NCBI GenBank assembly: GCA_964344705.1
Contig: CAYFOG010000003.1
Span: 16,715-80,714 of the forward strand
DNA from: Candidatus Woesearchaeota archaeon
GTDB lineage: Archaea > Nanobdellota > Nanobdellia > UBA10117 > ARS21
Reading direction: 5' to 3'
DNA length: 64,000 nucleotides
The notes under the pieces are model-generated. The model made no database searches. It was not told where the DNA came from and saw only the letters and a program-made list of their open reading frames with translations. Positions within the stretch are counted from its first letter, which is position 1, and each line of letters starts with the position of its first letter. A program made the translations under genes and the position numbers. Shown here piece by piece: positions 1 to 8,595 of the stretch.

Positions 1-453
1 TATGAATATGTTGAATTTTTGAAGAAAACAAAAACTGCAGTATTGGTTAGAGATTGGATTATGGAATTAAATGAAGATTATTTGCTTGAGAATTATAATG
101 TTCCTCCAGGGGAATTGAGAAATAAAATATCAACCGCGGAATGGCTACTTTATGGTGCATCTGAATTATGTGTTTTGCTTGGAGAAATGGAAAAGATTTC
201 TGGAATAAATAAGCTTAAGTTTAGAATCAAGAATGGAATCAAGGAAGAATTAATTCCTCTTGTTAAACTTCGCGGAGTTGGACGGGTTCGTGCTCGTAAA
301 TTGTTCAATGCTGGAATTAAGAATGTTCTTGGGTTACGTAATGTTAGTACTGAAAAGATTGCGGGTTTGATTGGAAGCGAAAAAGTTGCTCAGTCGATTA
401 AGAAGCAAGTCGGTCATAAGCGTATGACTGAGGCAGATTTTGAGAATTATTGA
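1..453 (+). CDS. hel308: Hel308/Ski2-type DNA helicase, C-terminal HhH domain (5'-truncated by window edge; reading frame open from base 1)
   Basis: Frame 1 is open from position 1. The C-terminal motif ...LRGVGRVRARKLFNAGIKN... matches the Hel308 domain-5 helix-hairpin-helix signature (RVRARKLYNAGIR). Confidence 0.7.
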   Translation, partial: YEYVEFLKKTKTAVLVRDWIMELNEDYLLENYNVPPGELRNKISTAEWLLYGASELCVLLGEMEKISGINKLKFRIKNGIKEELIPLVKLRGVGRVRARKLFNAGIKNVLGLRNVSTEKIAGLIGSEKVAQSIKKQVGHKRMTEADFENY

Positions 454-1188
454 TTACAGTCGTCTGACAAAAACTAGGAACGCTGTGTGTCCGATTGATT
501 GAGATTTTGGTCTTGATATTCTTTGCTTGAAAGACCACTCTCTTTCCTGAACTTCAACTATTCTATCAACGAGCAAATTGTTTTTCTCTGCAAAGTTTGC
601 AAAATCCATAACTTGGGAAACTTGAGGAAGATATGCTACAACATATCCTCCAGGTTTTAGATTGTTTCTGATTGTTTTGACCTTCCACGGCTCGGCCAAG
701 TCAAGAACCATCAAATCGAAGTTTCTTTCTTTGATATCTTTGTGGGCATTGCCGTGCTTTGCTGTGATTTTTAATCCCAAGTATTTGAAATTCTCTTTTG
801 CAAGTTTGTGATTTGCTTTGGATTTCTCATAAGTTACAACTCGTCCTTTTTCTCCAACAATGTTTGCTAAAAATGATGCCATCCAACCAGTTCCGGTTCC
901 AGCATCAAGCACTTTTGAACCAGGTCCGATTCCTGTTTCTGTGATTATTAGTCCTGCATCTTTTGGTAGAATTATTTGCGGTCCTCGTTTTGTTTTTTTC
1001 ATTCTGTCGAATAGCGTTGGTTCAACTGCAGTAAATTGTGCTCCTCTTGTTGAAGTGATTGTATCCCCAAATTTCTTGATTTTTCCCAAGTCAATTCCTC
1101 CTTCTTTTGTGTGGAAGACTTCCTTTCTGGCTTTGACTAAATACCTGACTTCTTTGCCCAGAAGTAGAATTGCAGTTCCTTTTTTCAT
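454..1188 (-). CDS. trmI: tRNA (adenine-N1)-methyltransferase TrmI/Gcd14 family (SAM-dependent)
   Basis: SAM-binding motif VLDAGTGTG and overall TrmI-like layout (N-terminal beta domain plus Rossmann MTase); 244 aa. Confidence 0.65.
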   Translation of the reverse strand: MKKGTAILLLGKEVRYLVKARKEVFHTKEGGIDLGKIKKFGDTITSTRGAQFTAVEPTLFDRMKKTKRGPQIILPKDAGLIITETGIGPGSKVLDAGTGTGWMASFLANIVGEKGRVVTYEKSKANHKLAKENFKYLGLKITAKHGNAHKDIKERNFDLMVLDLAEPWKVKTIRNNLKPGGYVVAYLPQVSQVMDFANFAEKNNLLVDRIVEVQEREWSFKQRISRPKSQSIGHTAFLVFVRRL

Positions 1189-1234
1189 ATAATTCTGAGG
1201 GGAAAGAAGTATTTAAAACATTGGCTATTAATAG

Positions 1235-2113
1235 TTGGATATGGGTCTGAAATCTAGCTATGAGAAGAATTGGAAAAAGTTTATGATTCTCCCAATTGGG
1301 TTTTTGATTATTGCTTTGTTTATACTTGGGAATAATTATTCAAACACTGGTGATTTTATTGAAAAGGATATTTCTTTGAAAGGTGGTTTCTTGCTTACGA
1401 TTGAAAGTTCAAAGTTAATTGATATCCCAATTGCTGAGGAAGAATTGAGTGTAAGTTTGAATGAACAAGTTAGAATTCGTGAGCTCAGCAGTCTCGGATC
1501 TGGTGGAGTCGTGGGTTATTCATTTGAATATGCAGGTGAGAATATTGATGTTTTGATGAATGAGGCTGGAATTTTGGTTGGAAACACTAATCGGGACCGA
1601 ATGAGTGTTGAAGAAATTTCAAGCGCAATTAGTGAACGATTCTGGAATGGAACTGTTCGCGCGATTATGGTTGCAATTGGGGCAATGTCTGTCGTTATGT
1701 TTCTTTACTTCAGAAAGTTGGTTCCTGCATTAGGAATTATTATTTCCGGAGTATCAAATATTATTGGAACTTTTGCGGTTATGAGTTTGATGGGAATTAG
1801 TATTTCTGCATCAGGTATTGCTGCGATTTTAATGCTGTTGGGTTATTCAATTGACTCGAATATTGTCTTGACTGCTCGGGCGCTTAAGCGAAAAGAGTTG
1901 GCCTTGAATGATAGAATTTATTCTGCGATTAAAACTGGTCTAACAATGTCGGTGACTTCCATTGTTGCATTGTTTGTTTTGTATCTGGCAAGTACTGCTG
2001 CAATTTTGAAAACAATTTCACTAATTTTGATAATTGGGTTGTTGCTTGACTTGATGTACACTTGGATTCAGAACGCTGGAATACTTAGAATGTATTTGGA
2101 GAAGAAAGGATGA
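1235..2113 (+). CDS. secF: protein-export membrane protein SecF
   Basis: About 290 aa with a C-terminal 6-TM SecD/F domain (GYSIDSNIVLTAR); 4-nt overlap with the downstream secD. Confidence 0.65.
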   Translation: MDMGLKSSYEKNWKKFMILPIGFLIIALFILGNNYSNTGDFIEKDISLKGGFLLTIESSKLIDIPIAEEELSVSLNEQVRIRELSSLGSGGVVGYSFEYAGENIDVLMNEAGILVGNTNRDRMSVEEISSAISERFWNGTVRAIMVAIGAMSVVMFLYFRKLVPALGIIISGVSNIIGTFAVMSLMGISISASGIAAILMLLGYSIDSNIVLTARALKRKELALNDRIYSAIKTGLTMSVTSIVALFVLYLASTAAILKTISLILIIGLLLDLMYTWIQNAGILRMYLEKKG

Positions 2114-3636
2114 AAAGAGAATTGAGAAGTATATTATTTTCTGGAAGGGTTTTGATATTAATTTCAGTATTGCTTATGTCTTTGGCAGCAATTTCTCCAA
2201 ATCTAGATGGAGACGGTCTTGAGATTAAGCGAGTGGATGTGGACAGCAGTGCTAGCGTCAACGGAATTGAGGAAGATATGATTTTGTATAGTTTGAATGA
2301 TGTTGTAACAAACGAACTGGCTGATTTTCAAAATGCTATTGGGAATTTCAGGAACGGAGATATAGTTGAGGTTGTGACTGATGCTGGGAGAAGTAGCATT
2401 ATTTATGATAATGGTCTTGGTTTTAGTGTTGGTGAAATCCCAACGTCTAATTTGAAAAAGGGTCTTGATTTGGTTGGAGGAGTTCGAGTTGTTTTGAAAC
2501 CAGATACTTCAGATGAGTCTCAAATCTTGGATATGATTGATTTAATCGAACAGCGATTGAATGTTTTTGGTGTTGCAGATCTTTCAATTAGAAATTCTCA
2601 AGATTTGGAAGGTACAAATTATATTATTACTGAGATTGCTGGGGCTTCCAAGGAAGAAGTTTTAGATTTAGTTGCAAAACAGGGTAAATTTGAAGCTAAG
2701 ATTGGAAACGAAGTGGTCTTTACTGGTGGAACAGATATTAAATCTGTTTGTAGATCTGGCGAATGTTCAGGTATTCCTCTTCAACAGGGTTGCGGTCAGT
2801 CTGGAGATGGTTGGAGTTGTCAGTATTTCTTCAGAGTTGATATTAGTCATGAATCTGCTAGGAAACATGCTGATTTGACTTCAGAGTTGGATGTTGTTGA
2901 TGGTTATTTATCTGAGAAGTTGGATTTGTATTTGGATGATGAATTGGTAAACAGTTTGTATATTTCTGAAGGATTACAAGGTGATATAAGCACTTCCTTT
3001 ACAATTCAAGGGCCTGGAAGTGGTTTGACTGAAGAAGCTGCAATTCGAGATGCATTGGATAGTATGAAGAGAATGCAGACTCTTTTGATTACTGGAAGTT
3101 TACCTTTCTCTGTTGATGTTGAGAGAGTTGATGTTATTTCTCCAACTCTTGGAGAGAACTTCTTCACTAGCGCGTTGTTTGCAATTGTTCTAGCAATCTT
3201 TGCTGTTGGAGGAGTTATTTTTGCCAGATATAGAAAAGCTACGATTTCAATTCCAATCATTATTACTGGATTGAGTGAGGTATTTATCATCCTTGGATTT
3301 GCTGCGCTGATCCGATGGAATTTGGACTTGGCTGCGATTGCAGGAATTATTGCTGCAGTTGGAACTGGAGTGGATGATCAGATTGTTATTACTGATGAAG
3401 TTATGTACGGACGTCGCAATGATGAAAAATGGTTACAGAGAATGAAGAATGCTTTTTTGATTATTTTTGCAGCCTACTTTACAATGGTTGTTGCAATGTT
3501 TCCTCTTTGGTATTTGGGCGCTGGAGTTCTGAGAGGTTTTGCTTTAACAACAATAGTCGGAGTTACAATTGGTGTGTTTGTGACTCGTCCAGCTTATGCA
3601 AAGATGATTGAAATCTTTATGGAGAAAGATGAGTAA
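2110..3636 (+). CDS. secD: protein-export membrane protein SecD
   Basis: 508 aa with N-terminal TM, a large periplasmic domain and a C-terminal SecD/F TM bundle (GTGVDDQIVITDEV); translationally coupled to secF. Confidence 0.7.
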   Translation: MKRELRSILFSGRVLILISVLLMSLAAISPNLDGDGLEIKRVDVDSSASVNGIEEDMILYSLNDVVTNELADFQNAIGNFRNGDIVEVVTDAGRSSIIYDNGLGFSVGEIPTSNLKKGLDLVGGVRVVLKPDTSDESQILDMIDLIEQRLNVFGVADLSIRNSQDLEGTNYIITEIAGASKEEVLDLVAKQGKFEAKIGNEVVFTGGTDIKSVCRSGECSGIPLQQGCGQSGDGWSCQYFFRVDISHESARKHADLTSELDVVDGYLSEKLDLYLDDELVNSLYISEGLQGDISTSFTIQGPGSGLTEEAAIRDALDSMKRMQTLLITGSLPFSVDVERVDVISPTLGENFFTSALFAIVLAIFAVGGVIFARYRKATISIPIIITGLSEVFIILGFAALIRWNLDLAAIAGIIAAVGTGVDDQIVITDEVMYGRRNDEKWLQRMKNAFLIIFAAYFTMVVAMFPLWYLGAGVLRGFALTTIVGVTIGVFVTRPAYAKMIEIFMEKDE

Positions 3637-4801
3637 GGTTCTTTTTGTATTTTTTTAAATCAAATTCCCATTCACAAGTTTTTGGATTGAAGAGTTCAGA
3701 ATAGTTTAATTTCATATTTATTTCTTTATTTTGCTTTCTTCGAAATATTACTTTGTTATCGTAATCCTTATCTATGTATTTTGGAAGAATTTCATTAGAG
3801 ATTTTTGTTTGACTTTCAAGATTTGTTGTTAATCCGATTCTAAGTTTGTTTGATAAATCAGTGGGTAGGTAAAAAGAAGTTATTATTGCCTTTTGTGCAA
3901 TCTCTTTGAATAACTCTTTGATTTGTTCTGGATTTTTTAATCTGATGAATATGTTTGCAACCACATTCTTGTCATCATTGAAAGGTCCGTAAAAAACTCG
4001 GACCTGTCGAAACAATTCATCGTGTGCAAGTTGTATGTCTCGAACAGATCTTTGTACCAACGCAACTCCTGCGCCCTGCCTTTCTCGAATTTTTGATTTT
4101 TTTCGTTTTATGTAATTCCACAAATTGTCTTCCAGATTGTCTCGTATCGCAAACCAAACTTTGTGAGAAGACCATCTCTTTCTTGAATACTCCACAATTA
4201 TTGGTAGAGTTATTGGGTTTTTTTCTATTAGTTTACTTAGTTTTTGTTCTGAAGGTTTTCTTAATGCATAATCAAACAAGGATTCAAAATGAGATGTGTC
4301 ATATGTTTGACTGAATTTGAAATTCCCTTCTGAATCAGTTACTTTGTGGAATGGTAAATAGGAATCTGCGACTTGATTGTAAGGAAATAGCTCAAAATCT
4401 TGAAGCAAATTAAGTTCTTTTGCTTTATTTAGAAATTCTTCCAGTTCTTTTTCTTTTCCTATTGGAATTGGAAAGTGTGTGCCAGTATAATTTACTAGCT
4501 TTGTTGCATTGTATCCGTAAAATGGAACAACGGAATATGGAATTGCAGTTAATAATTTTGGATGTGCTTCTTTTAGAAGAGTGTAAATAGTTTGCAAGTT
4601 TAGGCTTGCATAATTTATTCGGGAATGATAGGCTATATCTTTTCCTAAATACATAAACCATCTTTTGATTGTTCTTTCGCTGACTTTTTGTCCTCGCGTT
4701 TCAAGAAATTTTGATATGTTAAGTGGTGGCCTGATTTTTGGAGTGAAGGTTAAATTGTACATGAACTCTAGAAGCTCCTTGCTATAGGTTCTCAGTGCCA
4801 T
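3617..4801 (-). CDS. hypothetical protein (394 aa, soluble, no recognisable family)
   Basis: Long ORF with AT-rich codon usage consistent with its neighbours. Its stop overlaps the secD 3' end by 20 nt (convergent). No motif recognised. Confidence 0.45.
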   Translation of the reverse strand: MALRTYSKELLEFMYNLTFTPKIRPPLNISKFLETRGQKVSERTIKRWFMYLGKDIAYHSRINYASLNLQTIYTLLKEAHPKLLTAIPYSVVPFYGYNATKLVNYTGTHFPIPIGKEKELEEFLNKAKELNLLQDFELFPYNQVADSYLPFHKVTDSEGNFKFSQTYDTSHFESLFDYALRKPSEQKLSKLIEKNPITLPIIVEYSRKRWSSHKVWFAIRDNLEDNLWNYIKRKKSKIRERQGAGVALVQRSVRDIQLAHDELFRQVRVFYGPFNDDKNVVANIFIRLKNPEQIKELFKEIAQKAIITSFYLPTDLSNKLRIGLTTNLESQTKISNEILPKYIDKDYDNKVIFRRKQNKEINMKLNYSELFNPKTCEWEFDLKKYKKNLTHLSP

Positions 4802-4868
4802 GAAGAATTGTTATGTTCTAAAATAAAATAACTTTTAGTCTGGAACATATACTAAAAAATGAGCGAGA

Positions 4869-5138
4869 TTATCTTCTCGCTCGACGTGCTGTTGTTCGAC
4901 GGGCAGCTGATGCTCGTCTTCTAGCAGTTGTTCTTCGTGCAGCAGTGGTTCTTCGTGCGGTGGATGTTCGTCTCTTAGCTGTTGTTCGTCGTGCACTTGT
5001 TCGTCTTGCCGCTGTAGAACGTCGAGCCGTTGTTCGTCGTCTTGCTGTTGTTCTTTTTGCAGCTGTTCGTCTTGAACGAGTTCTTCTTGAACTGCCTGCA
5101 GAAGATCTTCCGAGAAGTCTTCTTAGAAGTGATCTCAT
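4869..5138 (-). CDS. arginine-rich low-complexity protein, (A-R-R-T-T)n pentapeptide repeats, 89 aa, predicted strongly basic
   Basis: The ORF is encoded by a GC-rich degenerate 15-nt tandem repeat. TTTTATATT (TATA-like) lies 26-34 bp upstream of the ATG on the minus strand, compatible with a leaderless archaeal promoter. Confidence 0.45.
   Translation of the reverse strand: MRSLLRRLLGRSSAGSSRRTRSRRTAAKRTTARRRTTARRSTAARRTSARRTTAKRRTSTARRTTAARRTTARRRASAARRTTARRARR
4880..5110. repeat. GC-rich degenerate 15-nt tandem repeat (about 15 units; plus-strand consensus near GCTGTTGTTCGTCGT)
   Basis: Visible periodicity (gttgttcgtcgt / gttcttcgtgc / gttcgtcttg ...) in an otherwise AT-rich divergent intergenic region. 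Confidence 0.7.
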
Positions 5139-5158
5139 ATAAATCTATAGTCTCTGGA

Positions 5159-5168
5159 ATATAAAAGC
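5159..5168 (-). promoter_or_regulatory. TATA-box-like element for the Arg-rich repeat gene
   Basis: Minus-strand TTTTATATT centred about 26-30 bp upstream of the ATG at 5138. Confidence 0.35.
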
Positions 5169-5211
5169 TTTATGTGGTAACTGTTAAAAATAAGGTTTGA
5201 GAATATAATTT

Positions 5212-6060
5212 ATGGTTTTGGAGTCGCTTACGGGGGCGGAATATGCTGAGAAAAGACCGGCCGAAATGTTTATTGTAGCGTTCGCATATACAACGATTGC
5301 TATCTTGCTTTCATTGTGGGTCTTTGCAGAATACGCTGGTTTGACTATGGTATTTTTTACAGTAATGGCTGCCATACCTTTGATGATTAAATTGATAGTT
5401 CTTGAAGAGCGGAAATTATTCTCACGAGTACATAACACAACTCATCGAGCTACAATACCTTTCTTTATCTTTTTGTTTCTGGGAATGGTTTCAGCATTTA
5501 CTTTCTTTTTTACAGTCTTGCCTGAAGCCACAGTTAATCAGATTTTCAATGTTCAAATATCTACTATTCAAAGTGTTAATGCCAATATTATAAGTCAACT
5601 TTCTGGACAATTCTTTGGAGATTTTTTTCCGTTAGTAATCTTCAATAATCTCAAAGTTATGACTTTTGCTGTATTATTTTCGTTCATTTATGGTTCGGGA
5701 GCAATATTTATTTTGACTTGGAATGCTTCTGTTCTAGGTGTGGCAATTGGAAGTTTGATACGGGAGATTGTTGGCGCTGCTGCAACGAGTGTTGGTGCAG
5801 TAGGCGTTGGTACTTATTTCGGTGCTGTTTCCATAAGCTTTGCCAGATATCTAATTCATGGAATTCCGGAGATTGGAGCATATTTTGTTGCCGGACTCGC
5901 GGGAGGAATAATCTCGGTCGGAGTTCTCAGGTATCAACTGTTTGATGAGAAATTTATGGTAGTTATGAAAGATGCTCTATTTTTACTAATTGTTGCAATC
6001 ATATTGGTCTTGATTAGTGGTGCAACAGAGGTTTTGATTTCGCCACTTTTCTACGCATAG
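5212..6060 (+). CDS. polytopic membrane protein, possibly DUF95/SpoIIM-like
   Basis: 282 aa with multiple hydrophobic helices; segment IFNNLKVMTFAVLFSFIYGSGAIFILTWNASVLG resembles SpoIIM-family cores. Confidence 0.35.
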   Translation: MVLESLTGAEYAEKRPAEMFIVAFAYTTIAILLSLWVFAEYAGLTMVFFTVMAAIPLMIKLIVLEERKLFSRVHNTTHRATIPFFIFLFLGMVSAFTFFFTVLPEATVNQIFNVQISTIQSVNANIISQLSGQFFGDFFPLVIFNNLKVMTFAVLFSFIYGSGAIFILTWNASVLGVAIGSLIREIVGAAATSVGAVGVGTYFGAVSISFARYLIHGIPEIGAYFVAGLAGGIISVGVLRYQLFDEKFMVVMKDALFLLIVAIILVLISGATEVLISPLFYA

Positions 6061-6090
6061 TTTTTTAAACTTTAATTCTATGGTCTATTC

Positions 6091-8595
6091 ATGGCTGAGA
6101 AGGAAGATAATGAATATGTTGACTTCAGTGAAGCTATTGCTAAATTAAAAAATTCTTGGAATAAAATAAACACTTACAAATATTTTGAACATATTGTTCT
6201 ATCAATAATTATTGGAATTTCTTTCTTTGTTCGGACGCGGAATCTTGATTCTTTGGGTGGCAAATATTTGGTTGGACTTGATCCTTATTACTATTTCAGA
6301 CTTGCTGGAGATGTCTTGGCAAATGGTAAAGTGTTATTGTTTGATACTTGGCGTAATCCTCCTCTTGGATCTGATCGAGGATTTGACTTATTTCCGTACA
6401 TCATGGCATATTGGTCAAAGTTCTTAGAAATATTTGGAGTTTCGCGAGAAATGGCTCATATAATTTATCCTCCGGTTGCTATGATTGGTATTTTAATTTT
6501 CTTTTATTTATGGTTGCGATTATTGGTTAGCAAACGTGTTGCAATAATTGCTTCGCTATTTTTGGCAGTAATTCCTGGGTTTGTTTTCAGAACTGCGGCG
6601 GGTTTCGCAGATCATGAAGCCATTTCAATTATGTTCATGTTCCTATCGCTTTGGTTGTTTACTAAGGCGGATTTGATGAAAATTTCACGAAATAAATATT
6701 TGATGATGTTTGGTGCGGGTCTTGCTGCATTTGGAATGGGTGTAACTTGGGTTGGTTATCCAATGTTGATTATTGTAATCTCCGGTTACTTGTTGAGCAA
6801 AATGCTTCTTAGCAAAGAGCGTGATGGTTATCCAAAATATTTTTGGTTCCTGACGTTTGCTGCTTTGATGTTTTTGGTAGGTAAATTACATTGGAAGAGC
6901 TATGGTTGGTTAATCGGGTTCTTCTCATTTGGAGTCTTGTTGGTTTATGATTTATTGAAAGATAGGAAATTTTTTGTTCCTAATTCGGTTTTGTCTATAT
7001 TGATTGTTGGTGTTGGAGGGTTGCTACTAAATAGTTTATTTGGTTTCTTTGATGTTGGTGCTTTCCTTTGGAATATTTTACACGCGGGTGGAGGAGATAA
7101 GTTAGCGGGAACTACTTCAGAAATTGCTCGGACTTATGTTACTTCTGGAAATAGTTATCTGGATAATTATGGCTACCTTACATTTATCTCATTATTTGGT
7201 GTTTTCTTTCTGAGTTGGAAATTGTTTATGGGTATTGGAAGAAGGCTTAGAATTACTTTAAGTTCAATTGCTGTTGGAAGTATTTTTGTTATCACAATGG
7301 GAAATTGGAATAGTGATTTCCAAATTCTTGGTAGCAATTACATTTATTTGATGCTAACTGTATTGTTTGGTCTTGTTTCTTATTATTTGTATTTGTATTA
7401 TAATAAACGCAAGGATTTTGATGTGTTGTCAAATTTGAAAAATATTAATCTGGTTATGCCAATCATTTTCTTTTTGATTATGGGTTTGCTTGCTCGAACA
7501 GCAGTGAGATTTATTTTTGTATTTGCGCCAGCGATTGCTTTATTATCGGCTGTTGCATTTGATGATTTTCTGAAACATGCAAAGCGCTACAAATTTGCAC
7601 AGCTCGGAGTTGTTCTGCTTATTGGTTTGTTGTCATTCGGCGCATTTGGTGAGGCTGCGCACGTTAGTGACGGAATGCGATCTGGACTTCCTGGGATGTG
7701 GGAAGACTCGATGGATTGGATCCGCGAGAATACTCCGGAAGGTTCTGTAATATCTCACTGGTGGGATTATGGTTATTGGACTCAAACTATTGGAAATCGT
7801 CCATCAATTAGTGATGGTGGTAAGCCAGGTGGTCAATTCTTTATTTATACTTTGGCCAGATACGGTATGACTCACGATAATATTAAGGAAAGCATGGAAT
7901 ATTTTGCTGCACACGAAGTTGATTATCTTCTTTATTCTGGTGAAGAGCTTGGAAAATATGGCGCATTTGCAACTCTTGGTTCAGATAAATATAATGACCG
8001 GGTTTCTGTGATTGGTATTTTTGCTTTGCAAGGTGAAGATGAGGCGCGGGACGGAAAGAAATTAGTATATAGTGGAAGTTGGCCTATTGATTCTCCAATT
8101 ATAGAAGGTAAAAGAGTTATACCTGCAGGTGCCGGACGAATAAACAAAGTTGAATTATATTTTGATGATGCTGAAGAAATAATTCTTGCACCGAAGGCAA
8201 CAGTTGTTGCTAATGGTTTTGAGCAAGAATATGAAATTCCTTGTTTAGTTACTGATAGCTTCAAGATTACTTATGAAGTTGGATCTGAAGTTATTGATGG
8301 TTGTGTTAGATTAATTCCGGGCGTTCAAGGAGAATATCAGAATCCTGTTGCAGGATTATTATTCATGTCTGAAAAAGTTAAAGATGGTTTGTTCGCGCGA
8401 CTTTATATTAACGGTGAACAACTTCCAGAATTTACTCAAACATATTCTTCGGATGTTCCTATAATGATTTACAATGGACAATTGGTTGGTCCGGTTAAGA
8501 TTTGGAGATTAAATTATCCAGACAATTTGGAAAATGTAGCTCGATTCTTGGATAGCGACAAGATGCCTGAGTTTGAAGAAAATTATAATTCATGA
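6091..8595 (+). CDS. aglB: archaeal oligosaccharyltransferase AglB (STT3 family, GT-C)
   Basis: 834 aa with about 13 N-terminal TM helices and the diagnostic WWDYGYW motif (SHWWDYGYWT) in the C-terminal soluble domain. Confidence 0.85.
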   Translation: MAEKEDNEYVDFSEAIAKLKNSWNKINTYKYFEHIVLSIIIGISFFVRTRNLDSLGGKYLVGLDPYYYFRLAGDVLANGKVLLFDTWRNPPLGSDRGFDLFPYIMAYWSKFLEIFGVSREMAHIIYPPVAMIGILIFFYLWLRLLVSKRVAIIASLFLAVIPGFVFRTAAGFADHEAISIMFMFLSLWLFTKADLMKISRNKYLMMFGAGLAAFGMGVTWVGYPMLIIVISGYLLSKMLLSKERDGYPKYFWFLTFAALMFLVGKLHWKSYGWLIGFFSFGVLLVYDLLKDRKFFVPNSVLSILIVGVGGLLLNSLFGFFDVGAFLWNILHAGGGDKLAGTTSEIARTYVTSGNSYLDNYGYLTFISLFGVFFLSWKLFMGIGRRLRITLSSIAVGSIFVITMGNWNSDFQILGSNYIYLMLTVLFGLVSYYLYLYYNKRKDFDVLSNLKNINLVMPIIFFLIMGLLARTAVRFIFVFAPAIALLSAVAFDDFLKHAKRYKFAQLGVVLLIGLLSFGAFGEAAHVSDGMRSGLPGMWEDSMDWIRENTPEGSVISHWWDYGYWTQTIGNRPSISDGGKPGGQFFIYTLARYGMTHDNIKESMEYFAAHEVDYLLYSGEELGKYGAFATLGSDKYNDRVSVIGIFALQGEDEARDGKKLVYSGSWPIDSPIIEGKRVIPAGAGRINKVELYFDDAEEIILAPKATVVANGFEQEYEIPCLVTDSFKITYEVGSEVIDGCVRLIPGVQGEYQNPVAGLLFMSEKVKDGLFARLYINGEQLPEFTQTYSSDVPIMIYNGQLVGPVKIWRLNYPDNLENVARFLDSDKMPEFEENYNS

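Noticed and set aside
860-1192. 110-aa plus-strand ORF inside the trmI gene
   Set aside because: It is entirely antisense to a well-supported methyltransferase ORF and has low-complexity composition. It is a typical shadow ORF.
2672-2878. 68-aa ORF overlapping secD in another frame
   Set aside because: It is internal to secD with no independent signals. It is a shadow ORF.
3637-3660. T-rich run after secD as an intrinsic terminator
   Set aside because: The same bases encode the KKYKKN C-terminal tail of the convergent minus-strand ORF, so a pure terminator call is ambiguous.
4945-5142. Plus-strand 65-aa ORF (MVLRAVDVRLLAVVRR...) across the GC-rich repeat
   Set aside because: It is the mirror frame of the same tandem repeat. 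It has no convincing promoter, whereas the minus-strand ORF has a TATA-like element at the right distance. It is kept only as an alternative in the finding.
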